A stretch of DNA of 64,000 nucleotides from a phage. Location: sequence record PZ386959.1. The stretch is one strand, 5' to 3'. Of this stretch, positions 27,429 through 36,783 are shown piece by piece (positions within the stretch are counted from its first letter, which is position 1; the number at the start of each line of letters is the position of its first letter). The position numbers and the translations under genes are program-made. Under the pieces are notes generated by a model. That model saw only the letters and a program-made list of their open reading frames with translations. It did not search any database and was not told where the DNA came from.

Positions 27429-27541
27429 TAATCGAATTTTTATGTAGCTCCGATTAACTACCCGCACTTTACCAAACCTCACCCTACCCTACCAGACCTT
27501 ACCTAACCGCGCCGTACCTCATTAAAAGACCCTCTTAAAGA

Positions 27542-27569
27542 CCTTTTAAAAAGGAGCCTCCGAAGAGGC
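27542..27569 (-). terminator. minus-strand terminator after the two-gene cassette
   Basis: Plus-strand GGAGCCTCCGAAGAGGCT hairpin (stem AGCCTC/GAGGCT, loop CGAA) preceded by CCTTTTAAAAAGG, i.e. hairpin plus U-tract on the minus transcript, 13 nt after the stop of 27582-28022. Confidence 0.5.
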
Positions 27570-27581
27570 TACCTAGTCAAC

Positions 27582-28022
27582 TTAGAAAGGTTTTCTACGT
27601 TGCTTGTTAATGTTAGCTTTCATAGCAGCTAAATGGTTTTGCTGTTCAATTAGTCGTGAACGTTCTTGATGACTAAGTGCCATAGTGTTCACATTCTCAA
27701 TCGCTTGAGTGGCTTGCTTTAAAGCACGACCAATCTTACCAGACATTTTACGTTTTGCAATAGTTGCTTGATGCTTAGGTTCAACCACACGATAACCAAC
27801 ACCCATTGAAGCAACCAGATAAATCTTCTCTTCTTTAAGAAGCTTCTCAATAAACTTCTCAAGTCGGTTTAGACGTGTAAGCGCATAAGCCTTCATTTCA
27901 TCTTCGTACTTAACAATGTCACCTTGATAAGTTGGTTTCACAATACCTAAGAAGGTATCCATCTCAGAATGTGATACAGTGTCACCGTAACTAAACTTTG
28001 CTGCTAATGCTTTTGTATTCAT
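27582..28022 (-). CDS. hypothetical protein (cassette gene 2)
   Basis: 146-aa ORF with a basic, helical C-terminal half; its stop is followed on the minus strand by a hairpin/U-tract terminator. Confidence 0.4.
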   Translation of the reverse strand: MNTKALAAKFSYGDTVSHSEMDTFLGIVKPTYQGDIVKYEDEMKAYALTRLNRLEKFIEKLLKEEKIYLVASMGVGYRVVEPKHQATIAKRKMSGKIGRALKQATQAIENVNTMALSHQERSRLIEQQNHLAAMKANINKQRRKPF

Positions 28023-28024
28023 AA

Positions 28025-28630
<606 letters not shown>

Positions 28631-28710
28631 TTAGTTGATTGTTAAGTTGTTTGTAAAGAACCCTCAACAGAAGACTCTTTAGAAACTTGGTAGATTTTTA
28701 ACGTGGCTAC

Positions 28711-28900
28711 TACCATCCACCCATACCAGACCAGACCAAGCCAAGCCCAACACTACCGAACCGGACACGACCAGACCTTATTAAAAGACCCTGTTTAAAG
28801 ACCTTTTAAAAAGGTAAGTCTCATTTTAATGTAGCTGAGACTAACTACCCACACCAAACCATAGCATACATCGCATTACCGGACAGAACCATACTTTACC
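28711..28900. repeat. intergenic module R2: two arrays of 5-nt-phased NNACC pentamers (D 28711-28777, E 28841-28900)
   Basis: CC dinucleotides recur at 5-nt (occasionally 10-nt) spacing, for example 28722, 28727, 28732, 28737, 28742, 28747 and 28850, 28855, 28860, 28880, 28890, 28900. Confidence 0.8.
28777..28850. repeat. conserved 74-nt box, copy 2
   Basis: Identical to copy 1 except one G to A change (GGTGAGTC versus GGTAAGTC). Confidence 0.85.
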
Positions 28901-28903
28901 AAA

Positions 28904-28942
28904 CATCACTTAAAAACCCTCTTAAAAGACTCTTAAGTGATG
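28904..28942. repeat. long hairpin, copy 2 (10-bp stem, 19-nt loop)
   Basis: CATCACTTAA-aaaccctcttaaaagactc-TTAAGTGATG; stem identical to copy 1, loop differs at 2 positions. Confidence 0.8.
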
Positions 28943-29157
28943 CTGGTGAGTACCTGTTGGTTTATGCTGCTCAGTATACTCACCAAATTTTCTATGTCAA
29001 CAACTTTTTATAAAAAAGTTCTGATAGCTATATGTGTCACGAAACAAAAGATTGTAAACAAGACACCCATTGCAAAAGATGTGTCCAAAAGCTTACTTGC
29101 AACGTATGACAATACAAAGACAACCAGTATAAACAGAATGACTGTACTGAGCATAGT

Positions 29158-30294
29158 TTATTCATAATCCCTAATAACTAGCCCTACAGGGAACTGTAAA
29201 GACCCCTTACGAGTCATCTTCTGGAACTGAACCGTTAAAGGTTTCCCGATAAACTCTTCAGGATGTTCAGCAAGATACTGTTTCTTCTCGTGTGTAGTTT
29301 TCCATGAAACATCTACAAAGACGTTAGGAAGAGTCTCTACAACGAACTTACCATGACCACGCTTATCGGTCTTTACACCAGTCACTTTAAACTCTTCAGT
29401 GTGCATCTTCTTGTGCTTAATCAAGAAGTATGAACGGTGACAACACTCATAGAAGGAGTCTTCAGAGATTGAACGGTACATTGCACCTTCAAACTTAGCT
29501 TCAACCCACTTATCATGAGCTTCATCAAACTCTTCCCAAGAATTTACACGGATAGTCTGTACAGGAACCACTCTACAGGTATCCCCAAGCTCAACAATAG
29601 GTGAGTTATCAATAACTTCACGACGCTCAGGCCAAGATTTTGAATTGTCACAGATATCATACCAGTAGAATCTAAGAAGGTGACGGTCTGGATTGTCAGC
29701 ATTCTTAATCATAGATACAATATCTTCTAAGTCCCAACCATGAGCATAAATCTCTCCGTCAAAGTCTTCAACTTGCGGATGTAATTTAAGCAACAAAAGC
29801 AAATCTGGGATTAGTTCTGTTGGAACGTTGTAAACAGTATTCTCACGAGAATAAGCTGTGAAACTGACTGAATCAGCATCTCTTGAAATTCTACAACGGA
29901 CACCATCAAGTTTTGGTTGAGCATCAGCAGGGAACTTCAGATACTTTGCATGACTAACCTTTGCAGCATCATGAGCAAGCTGTACACCTACCTTCTCAGT
30001 ATTCTGTGCAGATTCTTTTGTGTAAGCATAACCTTTACGGTCAACTTGCTTTTTATACTTAGCAGCAACTTCAAAGAGAGCTTGCTGTTCAGCGTTACGC
30101 TCATTCTTTTTACCGATGTTTTTAGGTTCTGCTGTATACTCTTCAAACATCATCTTGCCATTTTCTTTACCGTAGGTTGTAATAACTTTGTCACCTACAG
30201 CAACACATGACCAGACGTTGAAGGAACCGTCTTTATTTTGTTTGTACAGAATTGTCATTTTTAACCTCTGAGTGATACCAAGTGTCGCAAGCAT
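29158..30294 (-). CDS. ATP-dependent DNA ligase
   Basis: Contains the adenylation motif I KLDGVRC (KxDGxR); size (378 aa) fits phage ATP-dependent ligases. Confidence 0.8.
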   Translation of the reverse strand: MLATLGITQRLKMTILYKQNKDGSFNVWSCVAVGDKVITTYGKENGKMMFEEYTAEPKNIGKKNERNAEQQALFEVAAKYKKQVDRKGYAYTKESAQNTEKVGVQLAHDAAKVSHAKYLKFPADAQPKLDGVRCRISRDADSVSFTAYSRENTVYNVPTELIPDLLLLLKLHPQVEDFDGEIYAHGWDLEDIVSMIKNADNPDRHLLRFYWYDICDNSKSWPERREVIDNSPIVELGDTCRVVPVQTIRVNSWEEFDEAHDKWVEAKFEGAMYRSISEDSFYECCHRSYFLIKHKKMHTEEFKVTGVKTDKRGHGKFVVETLPNVFVDVSWKTTHEKKQYLAEHPEEFIGKPLTVQFQKMTRKGSLQFPVGLVIRDYE

Positions 30295-30451
30295 TACATG
30301 CGTAAAGCTCTAAGTCGTTTTTATCTGGTTTATGGAAACAGTTTGACCCACAACGACACCGGAATAACTTACCATCAACACGAAGAATGAATGTTTCAAG
30401 CTCACCATCTTCTGTAAGAACTGCGTTCTGAAATTTATTATCTTTACCCAT
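30233..30451 (-). CDS. small zinc-binding protein
   Basis: 72-aa ORF with CRCGSNC ... CNAC cysteine pairs. Confidence 0.35.
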   Translation of the reverse strand: MGKDNKFQNAVLTEDGELETFILRVDGKLFRCRCGSNCFHKPDKNDLELYACNACDTWYHSEVKNDNSVQTK

Positions 30452-30607
30452 TTGTACTCTCGCCTGTGTCAGATTTCATATAATACCTATCACTACGTCT
30501 TTTAATGAAATGTACAACGCATTTTGGTGTATTTTTTGCATCTTTAATGTGCAACCTTTCGAAACTGTGTACTGTGAAGATTGCATCTGTCATTGTTTGC
30601 TTAGATT

Positions 30608-30913
30608 TCATTTTCTCTTACTGCCAATCTCTACGTCGATAACTTGAACATAACCAGCAACATCAAACTTATGAATGATGCTTTCCACAGTGTAAGTCCA
30701 ACCATCAATGCGAACCAACTCACCTTCTCGTGGGACGATGGGATTACGTTGAGCTAAGGTTGTAGTGGAGTGAACAACATCATAACAATAGATATAGTTT
30801 ACTAGGACTTCCATCGTGAAAACCTCACTCAATAACCGTAGTGTGTGATTGACCATTTTTGCCATAGCTATAAGATGTTGTTGTTTGGGAGTTTGGACAT
30901 CTGACAACAACAA
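30608..30913 (-). CDS. hypothetical protein
   Basis: ORF from the track; an internal Met start near 30814 would nearly remove the overlap with the upstream lipoprotein gene, so the 5' boundary is uncertain. Confidence 0.3.
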   Translation of the reverse strand: MLLSDVQTPKQQHLIAMAKMVNHTLRLLSEVFTMEVLVNYIYCYDVVHSTTTLAQRNPIVPREGELVRIDGWTYTVESIIHKFDVAGYVQVIDVEIGSKRK

Positions 30914-31094
30914 TATCTCTGCTTATAGCATCACCATGTAACTTGTATACTCTGCAATCTTGCATCTCTGGTGGGAGACTGTAAGAAGCATTTTTATCTT
31001 CATAAGAAGGGTTGCAGCCAGATAGAAAAACAACACCAAGCGCAATTACTGCTTTCCACATAATACTCCCCCAGAGACTGTACATTTTCTTCAT
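30825..31094 (-). CDS. putative lipoprotein
   Basis: N-terminal signal sequence ending in lipobox-like FLSGC (MKKMYSLWGSIMWKAVIALGVVFLSGC). Confidence 0.45.
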   Translation of the reverse strand: MKKMYSLWGSIMWKAVIALGVVFLSGCNPSYEDKNASYSLPPEMQDCRVYKLHGDAISRDIVVVRCPNSQTTTSYSYGKNGQSHTTVIE

Positions 31095-31324
31095 AGCAAC
31101 TCCAGAATATCAATACGTTCACCTTTGAGTACTCCAGTACGGTCTTTTGCAATCTTACCTTCAACAATAAGAATGTGTGCAGACCTTAAAGTGTCACTGT
31201 TAAAGGTTTTTACGAACCTACTAGGCATGACTACAATGCACATCTCCTGAATCAGCTCTGGAGTATAGCAGTTATCATGAAGTTGCTGAATAACGTCTGC
31301 AAGTGTCATTTTTGATGTCTCCAA
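31091..31324 (-). CDS. hypothetical protein
   Basis: 77-aa ORF, overlapping junctions with both neighbours. Confidence 0.3.
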   Translation of the reverse strand: METSKMTLADVIQQLHDNCYTPELIQEMCIVVMPSRFVKTFNSDTLRSAHILIVEGKIAKDRTGVLKGERIDILELL

Positions 31325-31515
31325 TATTCAATGTCTATAAGCTCTTGTGCAATGCTTTTCAGATTACCTTTCAAGAAAACCTTCTCAGAACCTGAAAGAG
31401 ATGAATTATCAATTAGCCTGTTCATTCTCTCAAACAACTTCTGCTTACGATTCTTGATGGTTTCCTTTGAAGCACCTTTCATCATTGCTGCATGAGTTCT
31501 TCCACGGTGGCTCAT
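31306..31515 (-). CDS. hypothetical small basic protein
   Basis: 69-aa ORF immediately downstream of the polymerase gene on the minus strand. Confidence 0.3.
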   Translation of the reverse strand: MSHRGRTHAAMMKGASKETIKNRKQKLFERMNRLIDNSSLSGSEKVFLKGNLKSIAQELIDIEYWRHQK

Positions 31516-31576
31516 AAGCCCTCCTATATAAGATACAGTATAAGGTACTCTTCCATGAGAACCTTGTCAATACTAA

Positions 31577-34276
31577 TCAGTGAACCTCAAGCCAACTCTT
31601 TCCAACCTTACCTGTACCAGTTACAAGTGTTTCTTTCTTAAGACCTAAGTTCTTAGAAGCTTGCCCGTAATACCAATCAGTAACTGCTTTTACTTCTGCC
31701 GTCATACTCTCTGGACATTCCCAGCTAGTCTCATCGTGATATGCGCACAATAAGCGAGCACCTATAGCTGGTTTACGCCCATTTAGCTTCATCAACCCTT
31801 CGTCAATCATGCGACGACAAGCAAGGTTAATTGCCTCATTTTGAATCTGGGCCTCTGAACCCATCAAAAGGTAGTTCAACAGTTTGTGTGGAGATTTACA
31901 CCACAACCAAGCTCCAGCAACCTTTACAAAACCCCCTTTAGAGATTGCAGCAGTCTTACCAAACACCTCTTCAAGTGCCTTTTTAGTTGCTTTGTAGTCA
32001 GCTTCCAAGTCATCTAGTAGCTTCTTAATTTTAGGCAAACGAATAAAGTAAGTTTGTTTAGTCAGTGCACCTTCCTGAGTAGTTGCAGCTTTAATCGTCT
32101 TAGCAAACTTCTCATCCCCTGCACCGAACAGCAGTGCATAGATACCATTCTTAGCTTTCTTACGGCCTTTGCTAATCTCATGAAGAAGGTTCTCATCCTG
32201 AGTAGCTCGACAAGTCAAGATGTCCTGCTCATCATTCAAGCTAAAGTAAATACTGTTCAGTGTATGTGCATCAGTCCCTGAATAGACAACGTACAGGTCA
32301 TTCTCAGAGTCATAGCGAAGGTACTTATCAATCTCTGGGTTGAGGTACTCATCAAAATGTTTGCAGTAATAGCGTCCATCTTCTTGACGAATAAACTCAA
32401 TCTCTTCTTTACCTTGCGTTACCGCTTTGGTGAACTCTTTATCACCCATAAAGTTACAAAGAAGAACTAGCTGGGCTGAGTTCATATCTACAGAGACAAC
32501 GTTAGTACCTTCCTCACAAATCCACACTGCCCTCATTGGTTCCCCATAGACAGCAGCACCAGACGGTACGTTTACAATACCATATTGTGTCATACGTCCA
32601 GTTGAAGTACCAAACACCATTGCGCCAGCACTAAGGCGACCATCAGGACGAATCTGGTTCAACCAACCTTTTTCATCATCCTTTGAGTTCTCAATAGTTC
32701 TGCGTCTGTGCATCAAAGTATAGTACTTAGCAATCTTCTGTCCAAGCTCACCTTCAATCGTATCATAAGATGATTCCGTAAGTTTTGGTGAAGTACGGAT
32801 TAAGCAAGGTTCAAGCAAATCTGTGTACTTCTTCACAGACCAGTTATGCTCGATGTACTGGACGCCTTCATGCTCGACATAACTCAATCCACACCGTTCT
32901 ACCATCTCCTGCCACTTAGGATGTTTTGTAATCATCTTTTTATTGTCTTTGAAACGACAAACTTTGACAGGGCGACCGTCTGAGTCTTTCTTGTAGTTCC
33001 AGTCATCTGGAATCCAACCAACTGATTTCAAGTAGTCTTTTACAACTGCTACCTGAGTCATACGAGAAACTTCAAACTCAATTGGTGTATATGGTGCATC
33101 AATCAATCCTGTGTAGCGACTTGACTCAAGTTCAAAGTGGTTAACAACGTGGCTGTTATAGTACTTCACAGTTTTGACTGTTTTTACTGGCTTCCAGTCT
33201 TTGCATTTCTTACCAATCTTTGCATTCAACTCATTGCAAATTGCACGAGCATCCTTCATTGCTACAAAGCCTTCCTTGTACTCTTCACCAGTTACAGAGT
33301 TGGTTGGTGTATAGCAATTTCTCTTTTCAATGTTAAAAATCTTTGTAGTTGGCTTACCAAATGGTTTGATTTCATAAGTCTGCATCTCACCATTACGCAC
33401 CTGCTGACGATACTTCGTCTTAGGGTACTTGGTAATTCTTTTCAGTCCATCTGCATGACCAAATGCTTCAACATACTCATTCCAAGCTTTTGCAAACTCT
33501 TCTCCAGTGACTTTACCTTTGGTCTTAATAGTTGGAGGTAGATGTGGTTCAACCTCTGAAGCAAGCTCATTAGTCAACTTGTCAAGTTCCTTTACATGGA
33601 ACTCCATAAGCTCTTTATCAGCTTTCCAACCATTGATAGCTTGTTGACTCATCCAGAAAGATGTTTCTTTAGCTCGCATATAGGTTTCATAAGTGTCTAT
33701 ACCACACTTCTTAAGCTTCAGGTATTCATTATCCAGTGCACGTTTAGTTTTGGCGTTAATACGGATATCTTCTACAACACGAGTGAAGATTTCTGCATTC
33801 CACACACCCCAATGTTCAATCTCTGGTTTACGGACACCAACACGAGCACCCCATGCAGCCAAGCCATGAGCACCTTTATAGCCTTTTGGAGTTGGTCTAT
33901 CCATCCACTGAACACGAGACTGGATAAGAGAATCCTGAAAGAAATTACTCCACGGTTTACACTTTGGATTATCAAAGTTCCACAAATCAGGTGCAATGTG
34001 ATTGAAAACCCACCAGTCATATCCTAGACCATTGTGGATGCAAAGTCGTTTTGCCTTTAACGCAAACTCAATACCTTCACGTAAGCCGCCCTTAATGTAC
34101 TTGGTATACTTGTGACCGAGGATAGGCTCATCTGTAAAGACCCATACAGGTGGCTCTTCATCGTCAGATTTATAGTCTGCGAAAGCCATTACGTGCACTT
34201 TAGTGAACTCAAGGAGTAAACCATCAGTTTCTGTATCACCAACTAAATGTAAGTTTTTAAAATCTACGTTTTCCAT
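31577..34276 (-). CDS. DNA polymerase, family A, with 3'-5' exonuclease domain
   Basis: Exo I motif DTETDGL near the N-terminus; motif B-like RKKAKNGIYALLFGAG and motif C-like YHDE; start moved to MENVDF (RBS GAGGGAG upstream) rather than the track start at 34306. Confidence 0.8.
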   Translation of the reverse strand: MENVDFKNLHLVGDTETDGLLLEFTKVHVMAFADYKSDDEEPPVWVFTDEPILGHKYTKYIKGGLREGIEFALKAKRLCIHNGLGYDWWVFNHIAPDLWNFDNPKCKPWSNFFQDSLIQSRVQWMDRPTPKGYKGAHGLAAWGARVGVRKPEIEHWGVWNAEIFTRVVEDIRINAKTKRALDNEYLKLKKCGIDTYETYMRAKETSFWMSQQAINGWKADKELMEFHVKELDKLTNELASEVEPHLPPTIKTKGKVTGEEFAKAWNEYVEAFGHADGLKRITKYPKTKYRQQVRNGEMQTYEIKPFGKPTTKIFNIEKRNCYTPTNSVTGEEYKEGFVAMKDARAICNELNAKIGKKCKDWKPVKTVKTVKYYNSHVVNHFELESSRYTGLIDAPYTPIEFEVSRMTQVAVVKDYLKSVGWIPDDWNYKKDSDGRPVKVCRFKDNKKMITKHPKWQEMVERCGLSYVEHEGVQYIEHNWSVKKYTDLLEPCLIRTSPKLTESSYDTIEGELGQKIAKYYTLMHRRRTIENSKDDEKGWLNQIRPDGRLSAGAMVFGTSTGRMTQYGIVNVPSGAAVYGEPMRAVWICEEGTNVVSVDMNSAQLVLLCNFMGDKEFTKAVTQGKEEIEFIRQEDGRYYCKHFDEYLNPEIDKYLRYDSENDLYVVYSGTDAHTLNSIYFSLNDEQDILTCRATQDENLLHEISKGRKKAKNGIYALLFGAGDEKFAKTIKAATTQEGALTKQTYFIRLPKIKKLLDDLEADYKATKKALEEVFGKTAAISKGGFVKVAGAWLWCKSPHKLLNYLLMGSEAQIQNEAINLACRRMIDEGLMKLNGRKPAIGARLLCAYHDETSWECPESMTAEVKAVTDWYYGQASKNLGLKKETLVTGTGKVGKSWLEVH

Positions 34277-34472
34277 TTTTACTCCCTCTAAAATCATTAA
34301 CCTCATACATTACTGCAAAAAATTATAAAAAGCAAGTTGACAATGTACTTGACAAGGTGTTAATCTTTGCGAAGTGGGTTTTTACTTAAAAGGTTACTTA
34401 ACAGTTTAACTATACAGATACTTTAAAACTCTTAAAAGATTATTTAATAGCTTTTAAAAAGCTTTAAAGTAT

Positions 34473-34489
34473 AACGTATAGAATACGTT
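34473..34489. promoter_or_regulatory. near-perfect palindrome (possible operator) in the divergent region between polymerase and rightward block
   Basis: AACGTAT-AGA-ATACGTT, 7-bp arms with a 3-nt spacer, in an AT-rich intergenic region rich in TTAAAAG-like motifs. Confidence 0.3.
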
Positions 34490-34533
34490 AAGATAAAAGA
34501 TTAAAACTTAATAGTTACTTAAAAGAGGCTTAC

Positions 34534-34956
34534 ATGCAGAAAATGTTTGTTCACCCAGACATAGCTGACTTTGTTAGAGCTTTGCAGAAGTTGGAAGAAC
34601 TTGACATTGCTGCTCAACGGGAATATGCTCACCATCACAGGAGAATGGTTGATATACAACATGAGATAGAGTTATCCGAAGACTATGAAGATGACTTAAA
34701 ATGTTCTGTATTTGAGCATATGAAAGATGTTGCTACAGCTAGACGTAAAGCTAAAGATACAGTTGCTTTACTAGATTCTCTTAAAAAGAGGTTGCAAAGT
34801 GGTACAGACCTGTGTAACCTAGCATCACTGATTAACGATGTTGAAACGTCTTGGGACAGGCATTACTATCCACGTTCTGAAAAGACACTTGACTTTTCTT
34901 CATCTGAAAACTTAAAATGTTCTAGAAAGAAACTTAACCAACTGAGAGAGAAATAA
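34534..34956 (+). CDS. hypothetical protein
   Basis: 140-aa ORF, first gene of the rightward block after the divergent regulatory region. Confidence 0.35.
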   Translation: MQKMFVHPDIADFVRALQKLEELDIAAQREYAHHHRRMVDIQHEIELSEDYEDDLKCSVFEHMKDVATARRKAKDTVALLDSLKKRLQSGTDLCNLASLINDVETSWDRHYYPRSEKTLDFSSSENLKCSRKKLNQLREK

Positions 34957-34957
34957 T

Positions 34958-35770
34958 ATGAACATGACTGTAGACCAAATGCTTAAAGAAAAAGGTATTG
35001 ATGAAGCATTTTTAATCAATGCTGTAGAAAGCATGGCTATGATTCTTCGTGGAAACAACTATACAGAACAGTTTATGCCAAAAAGCTATAACTTGCCTGA
35101 AGATAAAACTGATAACGGTGCTTTTGCAGAGCAGGTTAATATGATGCTGTGCGACAAAACACTTGCTTTAGCATCTATCGTTGTAGGTGTTGATGCTCTT
35201 GCAGAGTTCATTTTTTATGAAATGCAGAAAAATGACTATGTTGCCATGACCTCTGAAGAGAAAGACCTGCTACTACTCGCAGGTAATGATGAACTAATTA
35301 ACCTGTTAATTTCATCAACGAGTGCTGTAATGGCTGCTCTTGAGAAGCGCATGGAAGAGAAACTTTCACGATATGAAAAACTTGATTGGGGCGTAGAAGA
35401 ATTAAACCCACGAATCAAAGAGATTATCCAGCAAACTAAAGAGTCTTTGGAAAAAGCTGTTGAAAATGACTCTGTAGCTGATATAGAACCACTTCAGGTG
35501 AAAGTTGCACTGATGATTCCAGCTATCTCTACGATGATGAATATCGTTGCACTAATCCAACTTTCACAGATGATGGGTGTGAGTGTTGAGTTCATTGAGG
35601 AGATGACTGGTGGCGTTAGTATGCAAGCAATCAATGATGTTCTTATGAGCATCGGTGCATCAATTATTGAAGAGAAACTACGCATCAACTTTGGTGATGA
35701 GTTTGTGAAGCAAGTTGCAGAGATGGCTGAAAAAGAATCTTCTCAAGTGACTGCTAAACAATTGCACTAA
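34958..35770 (+). CDS. hypothetical acidic protein
   Basis: 270-aa ORF; no motif recognised; followed by a terminator. Confidence 0.35.
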   Translation: MNMTVDQMLKEKGIDEAFLINAVESMAMILRGNNYTEQFMPKSYNLPEDKTDNGAFAEQVNMMLCDKTLALASIVVGVDALAEFIFYEMQKNDYVAMTSEEKDLLLLAGNDELINLLISSTSAVMAALEKRMEEKLSRYEKLDWGVEELNPRIKEIIQQTKESLEKAVENDSVADIEPLQVKVALMIPAISTMMNIVALIQLSQMMGVSVEFIEEMTGGVSMQAINDVLMSIGASIIEEKLRINFGDEFVKQVAEMAEKESSQVTAKQLH

Positions 35771-35785
35771 TCATTTATAAACTTA

Positions 35786-35813
35786 CAAGCCTCCTTAGTT
35801 GGGGGCTTTTTAG
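35786..35813 (+). terminator. rho-independent terminator
   Basis: Stem AAGCCTCC / GGGGGCTT with loop TTAGTT, followed by TTTTAG. Confidence 0.5.
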
Positions 35814-35830
35814 TAATTGATGGAGATAAA

Positions 35831-36574
35831 ATGAGTAATATCATTGCATTTACTGGAAAGGCACGTTCTGGAAAGGACACCTCTTGTTCTATTGTGAAGG
35901 CTATTTTGGAAGATGAGTATGGTTACAATGTTGCAGTAATGGCCTTTGCAGATAACCTTAAGATATCTGCTTCCAAGATATTTGACCTTACTTGGAATGA
36001 CCTTTATGGTGAAACTAAAGAGACTCCACAAGTATTTGATTTATCATACCATGAACTTATGTTTAAAGTTGCGGAAGCTATGGAGTTCACCTTCAAAGAT
36101 GAGAGATACCATCTTGACTTTAAGCTTATGTCAGAATTAACCGGACGATTAATTATGGAGCTTAAAAAGGTTGCTAAACCAACTTTATTAACACGTCTGG
36201 GGTTTAGTAAAAAATATAAATTCTCATCAAGGCAAATCCAACAGATTTGGGGTACTGAAGTTATCCGTAAAGTTATGGGTGATAAATTCTGGTCTAAAGA
36301 CCTTGAAAAAAGGATGGTTAACTTCTTTGACGCTTGTGCAATAAGATATCAAGATGGTGTTGTTTTAATCAGTGATTTGAGGTTTGACTCTGAAGCTGAG
36401 TGGCTTGGAAGATTTCCACACCAAACTATTGAAGTAAAAAGAGACAATGTGGATAAGATTTCGTCACATGTTTCAGAAAATGGTATTTCCACCAAATATG
36501 AGCGTGACATTATTCATAATAATGGTACTCTTGCAGACCTTGAGAACAAGCTAAGAGCTATTCTGAAAATTTAA
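35831..36574 (+). CDS. deoxynucleoside monophosphate kinase
   Basis: N-terminus MSNIIAFTGKARSGKDTSCSIV closely resembles the T4 gp1 dNMP kinase N-terminus and P-loop (…SGVKRSGKDTT…), recalled from memory. Confidence 0.6.
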   Translation: MSNIIAFTGKARSGKDTSCSIVKAILEDEYGYNVAVMAFADNLKISASKIFDLTWNDLYGETKETPQVFDLSYHELMFKVAEAMEFTFKDERYHLDFKLMSELTGRLIMELKKVAKPTLLTRLGFSKKYKFSSRQIQQIWGTEVIRKVMGDKFWSKDLEKRMVNFFDACAIRYQDGVVLISDLRFDSEAEWLGRFPHQTIEVKRDNVDKISSHVSENGISTKYERDIIHNNGTLADLENKLRAILKI

Positions 36575-36582
36575 AAGAGAGA

Positions 36583-36783
36583 ATGAAGATGAGAGTAAAA
36601 GATAATTTTAAAGTTATTGACCATCGTTTAGTGGAACTCTCATCTCTTTCCAATGAAGTGATGTTTGAACGTCTTAAAAGAGTTGAATCACGAAGGAAAG
36701 AGATTGCAGATGAGATTTATGAACTGGACAAGATTGAGAATGGTTTAAAAGCAGAACTACAACGAAGAGGTGCTAATGTCTAA
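36583..36783 (+). CDS. hypothetical small coiled-coil protein
   Basis: 66-aa ORF; overlaps the primase-helicase start. Confidence 0.3.
   Translation: MKMRVKDNFKVIDHRLVELSSLSNEVMFERLKRVESRRKEIADEIYELDKIENGLKAELQRRGANV

Larger units (their letters stand above)
27181..27518. repeat. intergenic module R1: three arrays of 5-nt-phased NNACC pentamers (A 27181-27243, B 27311-27386, C 27454-27518)
   Basis: Hand count of CC dinucleotides shows strict 5-nt spacing within each array (for example CC ending at 27193, 27198, ... 27243; and 27473, 27478, ... 27518); arrays are separated by conserved box and hairpin elements. Confidence 0.8.

Noticed and set aside
27184-27518. The arrays as recognition sites of a T7-type primase
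   Set aside because: T7 primase template sites are GTC-based (GGGTC, TGGTC, GTGTC) and the minus-strand GGTNN units do not consistently contain GTC; kept only as a loose origin/priming hypothesis, not as a call.
28937-29167. 76-aa plus-strand ORF downstream of module R2
   Set aside because: Its putative start codon is formed by the 3' arm of the conserved hairpin, it has no ribosome-binding site, and it runs convergently into the 3' end of the ligase gene; probably not a gene, though a small hydrophobic protein cannot be excluded.
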